A DNA stretch of 64,000 nt, taken from a virus. Its lineage: Duplodnaviria > Caudoviricetes. The stretch covers positions 160,001 through 224,000 of IMG/VR virus record IMGVR_UViG_3300028888_000047. One strand, written 5' to 3'. Below, in pieces: positions 1-7,590 of this stretch. Positions within the stretch are counted from its first letter, which is position 1. Each line of letters begins with the position of its first letter. Position numbers and translations under genes: made by a program. Below the pieces are notes generated by a model that had not been told where the DNA came from, did no database searches, and was given only the letters and a program-made list of their open reading frames with translations.

Positions 1-657
1 TTTACCGAATGTTTTTAACTCTTTAAAACTGTCAATAAACTCGTCTTTATTAAGGTTTTCTAATTTTCCTCCTTTACTTTCTACGTATTCTATTCCATTT
101 TTTTTCAAAAATCTTTTAAGTGTTGTCAGCCCTACTTTATATTTTTTGGATATTTCCTTTTTTGATAGTTTGTTATTTATGTCTTCTTTAATATCTTCTA
201 CATTTAATTTATTCTTTATTATGAATTTACTTTGTTTTTTTTCTTTTACATTTTTATTTTCGAAATAAACTATACTTCTTTCAATTTCTTCTTGTTCTTT
301 TTTTGCCCTAACATCTTCTCGTTCTTTAGCATGTAATTCTCTATGGCAATTGGCGCATATTAAAACGCATTTATCTGCTTCCTTTTTTAATTTTTCTAAA
401 CTTCTTGTATCACCAGCAATACCAAATTCTTTTTCATTAGGGTCAAGATGATGAAATTCCAGTGCGTCAATACACTTGTCATACCCGCATATTTCGCATT
501 TTCCTCCCTTGTATTCTACAAGCCTAATTTTATTTCTTCTTCTAATGTCTAATACTGCTTCTTTTCTACATTCTTTGCACTTATAACTTCCGTTTTGAAG
601 TAAAACGTGCTCAGTAACACCATGCCTAGGGCATTCTCTCATTATTGTTCTACTCAT
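1..657 (-). CDS. HNH homing endonuclease (3' end runs off the window)
   Basis: Manual translation from ATG at 657: MSRTIMRECPRHG...KGGKCEICGYDKCIDALEFHHLDPNEK...KCVLICANCHRELH; open to position 1; absent from the ORF track because it is truncated. Confidence 0.85.
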   Translation of the reverse strand, partial: MSRTIMRECPRHGVTEHVLLQNGSYKCKECRKEAVLDIRRRNKIRLVEYKGGKCEICGYDKCIDALEFHHLDPNEKEFGIAGDTRSLEKLKKEADKCVLICANCHRELHAKEREDVRAKKEQEEIERSIVYFENKNVKEKKQSKFIIKNKLNVEDIKEDINNKLSKKEISKKYKVGLTTLKRFLKKNGIEYVESKGGKLENLNKDEFIDSFKELKTFGK

Positions 658-722
658 AATAATTAATCTTTTATTATAAATATAGCAATAAGTCCAAAAA
701 ATTAAATAATTTTGTTAATTTG

Positions 723-794
723 CGCCTGGTGAGAATTTCGAAATCCCGACCCGCATGTTAACAGCATGCCGCTCTGCCTCTGAGCTAACCAGAC
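723..794 (-). tRNA. tRNA-Asn(GTT)
   Basis: Cloverleaf: acceptor GTCTGGT/ACCAGGC, anticodon arm GCATG-CTGTTAA-CATGC, T-loop TTCGAAA. Confidence 0.9.
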
Positions 795-796
795 TT

Positions 797-824
797 TATG
801 CTCTAACCAACTGAGCTACGTTCC
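797..824 (-). pseudogene. 5' tRNA fragment (acceptor 5' strand + D-arm only)
   Basis: GGAACG-TA-GCTC-AGTTGGTTA-GAGC-A abuts tRNA-Asn; no anticodon or T arm. Confidence 0.7.
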
Positions 825-843
825 AATTATTCATATTCTTGTG

Positions 844-851
844 CAAAGATA
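844..851 (-). promoter_or_regulatory. Bacteroidota-type sigma70 promoter -7 box (TATCTTTG) for the tRNA-Asn/HNH unit
   Basis: Matches TAnnTTTG with an upstream TTTG; the same box recurs at about 5195, 8633, 9129, 12002, 13416, 17147, 17580, 18376, 22649, 24461, 26205, 32534, 35208 and 38454. Confidence 0.75.
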
Positions 852-884
852 CAAAAAATATTTTTAAAAAACAAATTTTTTTAG

Positions 885-1172
885 TTAAAAATTGTTAACC
901 CATCTGTTACTTATTTCTGCCCAAAAGTTATAACCTTGTGGCGTTTCAGCCCACTCAAAAGAATACTTAAGTATACATCTTTTGTCTTTTATTCTTTCGC
1001 ACAAATCTTGTAAACTATTACCTACATATTTATTGAATTTATTAACATAAGTTTGATTACACCAACCTTTTCTTAATTTGGATTGTATATAAAAGTTTTT
1101 TCTGAACTGCGAATAAACGCCACTTTCTTTTAAAAACCTTTTAAGGCTTTTACAAATTAAATTTTCTTTCAT
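885..1172 (-). CDS. hypothetical protein, paralogue family LKExGxY...F.W..T....FW
   Basis: 95 aa ORF; similar to 22264..22644. Confidence 0.75.
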   Translation of the reverse strand: MKENLICKSLKRFLKESGVYSQFRKNFYIQSKLRKGWCNQTYVNKFNKYVGNSLQDLCERIKDKRCILKYSFEWAETPQGYNFWAEISNRWVNNF

Positions 1173-1261
1173 ACAGCAAGTCCAGTACCTTCAATGTTAG
1201 TAATTTCCACTTTTGTTCCATCTGCTGATGATGTAATGATTTTTTTATCTTTCTTTTTCAT
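1169..1261 (-). CDS. small hypothetical protein (30 aa)
   Basis: MKKKDKKIITSSADGTKVEITNIEGTGLAV*; ATGA overlap with the next gene. Confidence 0.5.
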   Translation of the reverse strand: MKKKDKKIITSSADGTKVEITNIEGTGLAV

Positions 1262-1274
1262 AGCTTATAGGAAT

Positions 1275-1319
1275 TAAAAAAAGCTGCTGAAAACTTTTTT
1301 AGGAGTTCATCAACAGCTT
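1275..1319 (-). terminator. intrinsic terminator / possible attenuator
   Basis: AAGCTGTTGA...TCAGCAGCTT followed by a T run on the minus strand. Confidence 0.65.
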
Positions 1320-1353
1320 GGCGTTTATAGTGAAGTAAGTGCATTTATTATAT

Positions 1354-1497
1354 TCATATACTTACAAATTCCCAATGCTGTTTTTGAACGTTATTATTAA
1401 AATCTACGGCTGATACAGACATAATATCACTGTTGCATTTACTTGTAGCAAACGCAGCATTAATAATGGATGTGATATGTTTAAAATTCTGTGCCAT
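1354..1497 (-). CDS. small ORF / possible leader peptide (47 aa)
   Basis: MAQNFKHITSIINAAFATSKCNSDIMSVSAVDFNNNVQKQHWEFVSI*, immediately upstream of a terminator. Confidence 0.4.
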   Translation of the reverse strand: MAQNFKHITSIINAAFATSKCNSDIMSVSAVDFNNNVQKQHWEFVSI

Positions 1498-1587
1498 AAT
1501 TTTTTATAAAAAAATTTTATTTGTTTATAATTATTAATTAATTTTCAAAAAACAGTATTTTTCAATAAAAAAATACAAAAAATATTT

Positions 1588-2511
1588 TTATTTTCCAACA
1601 ATCAACAACTCATGTGAAGTCTTGATATTGTCTTTATCGTAATCTCTTTCTGTTCTTGTTTTGCCTATTCTTGTTTCTCCTTGACCCATTGTATATTGCC
1701 AATGAACCTCGTGTATCTCAAAATCCTTATAAGCCTCTCTTACCATTGAACAATCATTATATGAAAGAATGAAACCACCTTTATGTTCGTGCAATAATTT
1801 GCAAAGTAACTCGTGGTTAAATCCATTGTGATGAATTGGAAAGTTCCTCATGGGATATATTCCCTTAAACATCTTGCTGTCTGCACATTCATCCAACACA
1901 TAAGGAGGGTCAAGATAAAGAAATTCTCCTTGATTCTCAGGTATACTTTCCTCAAATCCTTTGCAATATACTCTTAGATTTGGTAAATGGAAATTTTTAA
2001 CCTTTTCAATAGTTGAGTTATATTTCTTCTCTGATTGATATATTGATGACATCCATCCCAAAAAACCCGGTCCATATGACAATTGCATATTGTAATAGTA
2101 ATAAACAGCAGCGTCTATTGGGTCTAATTTACCATCATATCCATCAGTTTTATTCCAATGTTCTTTCAGTATGTTTTTAACCCTCTCATATTCTTCTTTG
2201 GTTGGAGGCATCGCTGACAGACGTTTGTATAACTCTTCGCCATTAACTGTTTGCTGCTGCCAATAGTTAACCAACAAATCAAAAACATCATACGCAACAA
2301 CCTCAAGCCCCAACTCTTTTGCCAATGCAATTTCAACTGAACCGCCTCCTATAAAAGGGCTTACAACCTTTTTTACGTCTTTAGGTAAATGTTCTGTTAT
2401 TAATCCGACTGCAAGTGATTTACCCCCTGCATATCTTAATGGACTGCCATTATATCTTTTATAATTACCATTCTTTCCCTTTAACAGTTTCTGTAACTCT
2501 TCAATTTGCAT
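1588..2511 (-). CDS. DNA adenine methyltransferase (Dam/D12 class)
   Basis: SPLRYAGGKS, SPFIGGGSV motif I, DPPY motif IV, ILSYND. Confidence 0.93.
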   Translation of the reverse strand: MQIEELQKLLKGKNGNYKRYNGSPLRYAGGKSLAVGLITEHLPKDVKKVVSPFIGGGSVEIALAKELGLEVVAYDVFDLLVNYWQQQTVNGEELYKRLSAMPPTKEEYERVKNILKEHWNKTDGYDGKLDPIDAAVYYYYNMQLSYGPGFLGWMSSIYQSEKKYNSTIEKVKNFHLPNLRVYCKGFEESIPENQGEFLYLDPPYVLDECADSKMFKGIYPMRNFPIHHNGFNHELLCKLLHEHKGGFILSYNDCSMVREAYKDFEIHEVHWQYTMGQGETRIGKTRTERDYDKDNIKTSHELLIVGK

Positions 2512-2555
2512 AACTCATTCATTCATACTTTCGATTTAAGTTGTTTCTTTTGTTT

Positions 2556-2882
2556 TCAATCAGCAAAAGAAACTTGCGCTACAACGGCATTATCATCTGT
2601 GTAATCGACTATTTTCACAATGTGTTCCACTTCATACGCTTTAGGTGCGTTATATGGTAAAACAACACCCATTAAATATATCTTACCGTTGTATGTGTAT
2701 TTATCAACATTACCTGAAGTTATTACTTTATGGCCACTATTTAACATTGTGGTAAACGATATTCTATCGCCTTCAATAGCTTCAAATAACTTTGTTGATT
2801 TATTGTATAATTTGTTGTCCTTAACAACCAAATCTTTTTCAAGAATCTCTAATTCTTTACCTGTGTTTGTTTTTATTATCAT
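2556..2882 (-). CDS. hypothetical protein
   Basis: 108 aa ORF on the coding strand. Confidence 0.7.
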   Translation of the reverse strand: MIIKTNTGKELEILEKDLVVKDNKLYNKSTKLFEAIEGDRISFTTMLNSGHKVITSGNVDKYTYNGKIYLMGVVLPYNAPKAYEVEHIVKIVDYTDDNAVVAQVSFAD

Positions 2883-2912
2883 CTGTTTTAACTCGATTGG
2901 TTAAACATATAG

Positions 2913-2987
2913 TACTTCCGGCAAGACTCAAACTTGCGACTTCCAGATTCGTATTCTGGCGTTCTAATTCAACTGAACTACGGAAGC
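2913..2987 (-). tRNA. tRNA-Arg(ACG)
   Basis: Acceptor GCTTCCG/CGGAAGT, anticodon arm CCAGA-ATACGAA-TCTGG, T-loop TTTGAGT. Confidence 0.88.
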
Positions 2988-2995
2988 AAATTTAA

Positions 2996-3169
2996 AGGAA
3001 CGCCCTTTAAGGTCTTGGGAATGACCGTTACAAGTCAGTTACTTGTTCTTCGCTGCTTGCCTTAATAAGAACGGTGCTTCACGCTCCTTGCGGATTTAAC
3101 GCTTCTCCGTTCTCTCTCCAGTCTGATTAATACGAAATTTATGCTTTATTAATCTTGCTGTACGTTCCT
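2996..3169 (-). ncRNA. ACAGCAA-stem RNA, copy A (174 nt, multi-hairpin cargo)
   Basis: AGGAACG-TACAGCAA...CGTTCCT terminal stem; internal helices GATTAATA/TATTAATC, AGAACGG/CCGTTCT, TCC-GCAA-GGA, TTAAGG/CCTTAA, ACAAGT/ACTTGT. Confidence 0.7.
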
Positions 3170-3176
3170 GTGATTG

Positions 3177-3213
3177 TACACCCGGCAGGATTCGAACCTG
3201 CGACCCACTGCTT
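3177..3213 (-). pseudogene. 3' exon of an intron-interrupted tRNA (probably Arg)
   Basis: AA-GCAGT-GGGTC-GCAGG-TTCGAAT-CCTGC-CGGGTGT-A directly after the intron's terminal G. Confidence 0.8.
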
Positions 3214-3935
3214 CATGCTACTCTATGTTACCATAGCTAAAATTATCTTTTCCGCGAGCCTTGATTATATGCACGCGACCGAATTCCACAGTTATTTACT
3301 TCTTGAATCTGATAATTTTATTGTAGTCTGGAGCATATCATTACCATATTGAAATTCTTGCAAGTAATCAACCTCTATTCTGCTATACATCAATGTCATT
3401 CAGCCATAGATTATGATAATTTCAACTTAGGCATTCTTATCAGACACGTCTGAATGGAATGTGAGGGTATTCAATGTATTTCCCTCATTTCTCCTCTATA
3501 CTCTCTACACATTTATGAAAATAAATTGAAAATTGACTATGTTATACCATCGTCTTTTTACATACTTTTGGATATTCTGTATGTTTTTTCAACTTATAAA
3601 TGAGTTAGTAGCGTTTGCATCTACTCTCGCCTGATGCTCATATTTATGCTAAGTGTTTCAACTTAGCGGCTGTCTACTATATAAGAATATAACTCATTTA
3701 CAATGCGAACTAAAATTTTGCGCAAATACCATATTTAGTTTCCTCAATTTGTTATCTCATATATGATAAATTTTAGAAGCATTAATTTCAATTTAGCACG
3801 GTATAATCCTTACACATTATTGGTTAGTGTATCACGCCATTCAGTGCCTTGACTAAATCGTAATCTTCTTCAGGTAGGATTTCCACCGTTTTATGGAGAT
3901 TCTACTATGGGATTTCTCGCCATAGCATCCAATTT
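3214..3935 (-). ncRNA. group I intron (ORF-less, large peripheral insertions) at a tRNA anticodon position
   Basis: Starts CCT^AAATTGG; P element AAAACGGTGGAAA, Q ATACCGTGCT, P3 TCTCC/GGAGA, R TGTAGAGAGTATA, S AATGATATGCTCC, P9 CTATG-GTAA-CATAG, terminal G before the tRNA 3' exon. Confidence 0.85.
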
Positions 3936-3967
3936 AGGTTTTACCATCTACAGGTGTTTTTTTATTG

Positions 3968-4015
3968 TGATGGGACTGGGACTCGAACCCAGATGGACTT
4001 ATTAGGTCCGTCAGT
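3968..4015 (-). pseudogene. 3' fragment of a class II (Leu-like) tRNA
   Basis: CTGAC-GGAC/GTCC variable arm-CTGGG-TTCGAGT-CCCAG-TCCCATC-A; no 5' half upstream. Confidence 0.65.
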
Positions 4016-4032
4016 TTATTTTCCTATTTTTG

Positions 4033-4106
4033 TGGTTCCAGTGGGACTCCAACCCACAACCGCAGTCTTAGAAGGGCCGTGCTCTATGCTGTTGAGCTAT
4101 GGAACC
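4033..4106 (-). tRNA. tRNA-Arg(TCT)
   Basis: Acceptor GGTTCCA/TGGAACC, anticodon loop CTTCTAA; D-loop has GC and T-loop is TTGGAGT (C19-G56). Confidence 0.88.
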
Positions 4107-4114
4107 GATTGGTA

Positions 4115-4912
4115 TTAAACCATATAGAATTTATCTATTTTTTCATTATACCTATAAAACTTACACCCTAGTTCTTCTATTATTTCTTGTTGCCTTATGA
4201 TGTCTCTGTCGCATAAAATATTGTTGTAGACATCAATATAATGCCTTGGTTCATCATATTCAAACGCAATATTTAATTTTTCATCGTATCCATCTAAAAA
4301 ATATCCACGTACTTGTTTTTCTCCGCCATTTTTAGCATGTACAAGATGCCAACCATTCTTTTCATTTAAGAAATCAATGTATTTGCACCCTTTTTCAGAA
4401 AAATGCTCCCCAAATTTTCCGTTTCCAATACTTTTGATGTAATCTATCATTTTTTCCCTTAGAACCTTCTTTGTGGCATTAGTGTGAGGCTTGCCAATAA
4501 CCGTAAATTTGCCATTTTCTAAAGATTTTCTACGAGCATTTGCTTGTTTAAGAATCCGTTCATCGTCCAACATCGTTTTACCTTTGTTCCATACATTGTG
4601 TCCATTACTTTTACCTCCGTTTCCTTTACGATTTGGGCATTTTACTTTGTTTGGATTTAGTTCGCATGCTTTTTCGTGAATACTTAAACACCCAGCATTA
4701 GAAACTACTTTTCCGCAAAATTTACATGTATAAGTATTATCAATACTTGGGTCGTGCTGTTTTACGTTTTTTCTGGCATTTTCTAAATTCTCTAAATGCT
4801 CTTTAATTTTTGGATTATTAGGACAATATGTTACGTGTCCAGCTAATTTACGTTTATCGTTAAACTCTTTTCCACAATGTCTGCAATAATATATTTTTTC
4901 ATTCTCAGCCAT
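4115..4912 (-). CDS. putative homing endonuclease (Zn fingers, NUMOD3-like repeat, Vsr/DUF559-like nuclease)
   Basis: CRHCGK..H...C and CKFCGK zinc fingers, WNKGK and HTNATKKVL motifs, C-terminal YFLDGYDEKLNIAFEYDEPRH...D..RQ. Confidence 0.8.
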   Translation of the reverse strand: MAENEKIYYCRHCGKEFNDKRKLAGHVTYCPNNPKIKEHLENLENARKNVKQHDPSIDNTYTCKFCGKVVSNAGCLSIHEKACELNPNKVKCPNRKGNGGKSNGHNVWNKGKTMLDDERILKQANARRKSLENGKFTVIGKPHTNATKKVLREKMIDYIKSIGNGKFGEHFSEKGCKYIDFLNEKNGWHLVHAKNGGEKQVRGYFLDGYDEKLNIAFEYDEPRHYIDVYNNILCDRDIIRQQEIIEELGCKFYRYNEKIDKFYMV

Positions 4913-4946
4913 ATCTATAATGTATTTTATAATAAATATCAGCCAA

Positions 4947-4972
4947 GTTTGAATAGTTCAGCGGATAGAGCA
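4947..4972 (+). pseudogene. inverted tRNA 5' fragment
   Basis: GTTTGAA-TA-GTTC-AGCGGATA-GAGC-A on the + strand. Confidence 0.55.
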
Positions 4973-4978
4973 AAAAAA

Positions 4979-4999
4979 TATCCCCTGAGCTACGGGTGC
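4979..4999 (-). pseudogene. 5' end of the tRNA whose 3' exon lies at 3177-3213
   Basis: GCACCCG-TA-GCTCAGGGGATA; GCACCCG pairs with CGGGTGT of the 3' exon. Confidence 0.7.
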
Positions 5000-5009
5000 A
5001 TCATATATT

Positions 5010-5165
5010 TTATTGTTTTATTGTTGAGTCTTTCTTAGTGCCATAATCATCATGTAAGAATGGCTCTTTAGGGTCCACCATCTTAGCAATTCTAATTTCA
5101 TGAAAGAAAATCACAAGTGCAACAAAAATAATTATTGCAGAAAAGACCAACAGAAAATTTCCCAT
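5010..5165 (-). CDS. small membrane protein (51 aa)
   Basis: MGNFLLVFSAIIIFVALVIFFHEIRIAK...; downstream of the promoter at 5195. Confidence 0.65.
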   Translation of the reverse strand: MGNFLLVFSAIIIFVALVIFFHEIRIAKMVDPKEPFLHDDYGTKKDSTIKQ

Positions 5166-5229
5166 ATCTATTCTTTATTTATCATTAAACAATACAAATA
5201 TACAAAAAAATATTTAAAAAAAGAAATGT

Positions 5230-5526
5230 TTAACGTAATTTAACACCATAAAATTTCCAACAATAATCAGCGTAATTCATAAGATTGGAATATAGAGTTT
5301 TCCATTCTTCATATGATGGTCTGCCAAAATCTCCATTAGAAGGTATGCTCTTTGCGCGAGCAGCATTACCCGGTTGCATTCTCATTGCTTTTCCTTGTTC
5401 TGGCGTTAAGCCATTAGCTGCATCAGTTTCTTCCCAAGAATGCCATCCATTAGGCGCATTATCTATTTCACAAACTTCTCTTATTACCTTGTTTATTGAT
5501 TCTGTAATGATTTTATTGATATTCAT
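5230..5526 (-). CDS. hypothetical late protein (N-terminal KIITESINK motif)
   Basis: 98 aa; upstream GATATTTAT motif. Confidence 0.7.
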   Translation of the reverse strand: MNINKIITESINKVIREVCEIDNAPNGWHSWEETDAANGLTPEQGKAMRMQPGNAARAKSIPSNGDFGRPSYEEWKTLYSNLMNYADYCWKFYGVKLR

Positions 5527-5553
5527 AATGTTTACTTTTTTTCATTATAAATA

Positions 5554-6330
5554 TCATGGATTTATCGTTTCATTTATTCTTTTCAATGAATATTTAACTT
5601 GTTCTTCAGATATTTCACTTCCAACATATATCGGACATTTTTCAGAAAGAATGCATCCTACCGCTGTTGTACCAGTTCCCATAAATGGGTCGTATACGAT
5701 AAAGTCTTTCGAACCAGCATATAGATTTAGTAATTTTACTACTAATTCACTACTGAATGTGGCTTGATTTAACTTATTGGTTTTTTCATCGTTATTTTTA
5801 GCTTCAACAAAGTTATAGAAAACATTGTAATATGTCTGCTTTGTTTTTTCACTAACTGATGCAACTCCTTTATCTATGAAAAAATCGTTAGTCATTCCAT
5901 CCTTTGCAAATACAAACACATATTCCCAAGTTCTACTAAGTCTACATTTGTTTGCCGGAAACGGTAAGCCACTACTTTTTTTCCAACATATAGTATCAAC
6001 CAATCTCCAATTGGTCTTTTCAACTATCTCAGTTACTAACTTATATGGAAGTGCTGGGTTTTCAATGCTATACCCAAAGTTATATAACACAACCCCATTA
6101 TCAACAACAATCCTATTAAATTCATCGAAAACGTTTTTTGTAAATTCTAGGTATTCTTCCTCTGTCTTCCAATCCTTATAGACATCATATCTACCACTAT
6201 CAGCATAACCGCCTTTACGCTTTGTCATATTGTAAGGAGGACTGGTCAATATAAGATTTATAGACTTGTCCTCCATACGTTTCATAGTGTCGAAACAATC
6301 CTCATTGTATATTGCGTTGAACTCAATCAT
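5554..6330 (-). CDS. N4/N6 DNA methyltransferase (beta class)
   Basis: ILTSPPYN catalytic motif precedes the DPFMGTGTT SAM-binding motif. Confidence 0.92.
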   Translation of the reverse strand: MIEFNAIYNEDCFDTMKRMEDKSINLILTSPPYNMTKRKGGYADSGRYDVYKDWKTEEEYLEFTKNVFDEFNRIVVDNGVVLYNFGYSIENPALPYKLVTEIVEKTNWRLVDTICWKKSSGLPFPANKCRLSRTWEYVFVFAKDGMTNDFFIDKGVASVSEKTKQTYYNVFYNFVEAKNNDEKTNKLNQATFSSELVVKLLNLYAGSKDFIVYDPFMGTGTTAVGCILSEKCPIYVGSEISEEQVKYSLKRINETINP

Positions 6331-6446
6331 AAGTTACTTTGGCTCTTATTATTTATATAAACAAAATTGTCATATGAATATTTATCGCCATGTATTTTTT
6401 TAGCGTTTTCAACAAAGTCTTTTTTAGTTTTTCTTGGTTGCCACAT
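6327..6446 (-). pseudogene. remnant of a homing-endonuclease DNA-binding repeat
   Basis: MWQPRKTKKDFVENAKKIHGDKYSYDNFVYINNK..., truncated after one 'HGDKYDY'-type repeat. Confidence 0.6.
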
Positions 6447-6451
6447 ATATT

Positions 6452-7003
6452 TTATTCAATTTTTTCATCCACAACTGCTATGGTATCATTATGCATTGAA
6501 CCATGAGCAACAAGAAGAATCTCCTTAATCTCACATCCGTATTTCTTGCCAATGCCATTTGTATTCCATCCAAATGTGAGACATACACCACCAGGTTTAA
6601 GTATTCTACTAATTTCTTTCTTTATATCAGTCCAAAACGCTATTGATGTTGACTGATAATCAACTGTCTTACCCAACTTCTTATAACACACCTTAACCTG
6701 GGTAGGAGAGAATGGCGCATCGAAGAGAACCATATCTACAGAATTGTCATCAAACATCTTTAAAAAGTCCTTTGCGTCCAAATGATAATCAGTATCATAT
6801 TGTGGGTCAATATCATTTGTTATCGTTCCATTTTTATTGGAGTTTGCAAATGGGTCTAAAATGATAGCATTTTCTGGTAATTTAGCTTTGTATTTATCGA
6901 TTAGTTCTTTAAATGGCTTTATTGAAAATGTGTTTTTATTGGGCATTGCCCATGTTCTCCTAAGTATTACTCCATCTTCATCGATTGTTTTAAATTCAGG
7001 CAT
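6452..7003 (-). CDS. small adenine-specific DNA methylase-like protein
   Basis: WAMPNKNTFSIKP, ILDPFAN, VLFDAPFS (DPPY variant), RILKPGG. Confidence 0.8.
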   Translation of the reverse strand: MPEFKTIDEDGVILRRTWAMPNKNTFSIKPFKELIDKYKAKLPENAIILDPFANSNKNGTITNDIDPQYDTDYHLDAKDFLKMFDDNSVDMVLFDAPFSPTQVKVCYKKLGKTVDYQSTSIAFWTDIKKEISRILKPGGVCLTFGWNTNGIGKKYGCEIKEILLVAHGSMHNDTIAVVDEKIE

Positions 7004-7034
7004 TAAATTTAATAATTTACATATATTATTTTAG

Positions 7035-7116
7035 TACACCCGGTGAGACTCGAACTCACACGCCTCGCGACACTACATCCTTAGTGTAGCCTGTCTACCA
7101 ATTCCAGCACGGGTGC
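7035..7116 (-). tRNA. tRNA-Leu(AAG)
   Basis: Class II cloverleaf; anticodon arm CTACA-CTAAGGA-TGTAG; discriminator A. Confidence 0.9.
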
Positions 7117-7155
7117 TTTTATATAATATAGTAAATTAAAAGATGGAGTCAATAA

Positions 7156-7584
7156 TTAGCAGCCTCCTCCTCCACATCTTCCACGAGAAAAAATTCCGCC
7201 ACAGCCTCCTCCGGTGCCACAAGATGCGCTTCTATTTCCGCTTCCACCACATCCGCCATATGACTGACGAGTATCAAAAAAACTTCCTCCCCCACAATCG
7301 CCATACGAAGGTGCTACACGTTGTCCGCAGCTACCGTATGTTTTTCCGCCGCAACTACCTAAAATTGGACTTCCATATACAGGTCTATATTCGTCTCTAT
7401 GGTTTCCGTGTGGCATTACTCCTAAATATGGGTCAATATCAGGTTCTTCATTATCATCTGTTGGATAATCAAATTCTCCTGAATTGTCTCTTCTAAATAC
7501 TATACCACGTCTTTCCAATGCTTCTCTTAAAGCTTCTGACAAACCATTGATGTCATCTGAATCAATAAATAGTAACTTACTCAT
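7156..7584 (-). CDS. hypothetical protein with Gly/Cys-rich repeated C-terminus
   Basis: Acidic N-terminus followed by repeated xCG(G) motifs. Confidence 0.75.
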   Translation of the reverse strand: MSKLLFIDSDDINGLSEALREALERRGIVFRRDNSGEFDYPTDDNEEPDIDPYLGVMPHGNHRDEYRPVYGSPILGSCGGKTYGSCGQRVAPSYGDCGGGSFFDTRQSYGGCGGSGNRSASCGTGGGCGGIFSRGRCGGGGC

Positions 7585-7590
7585 AGTTAT

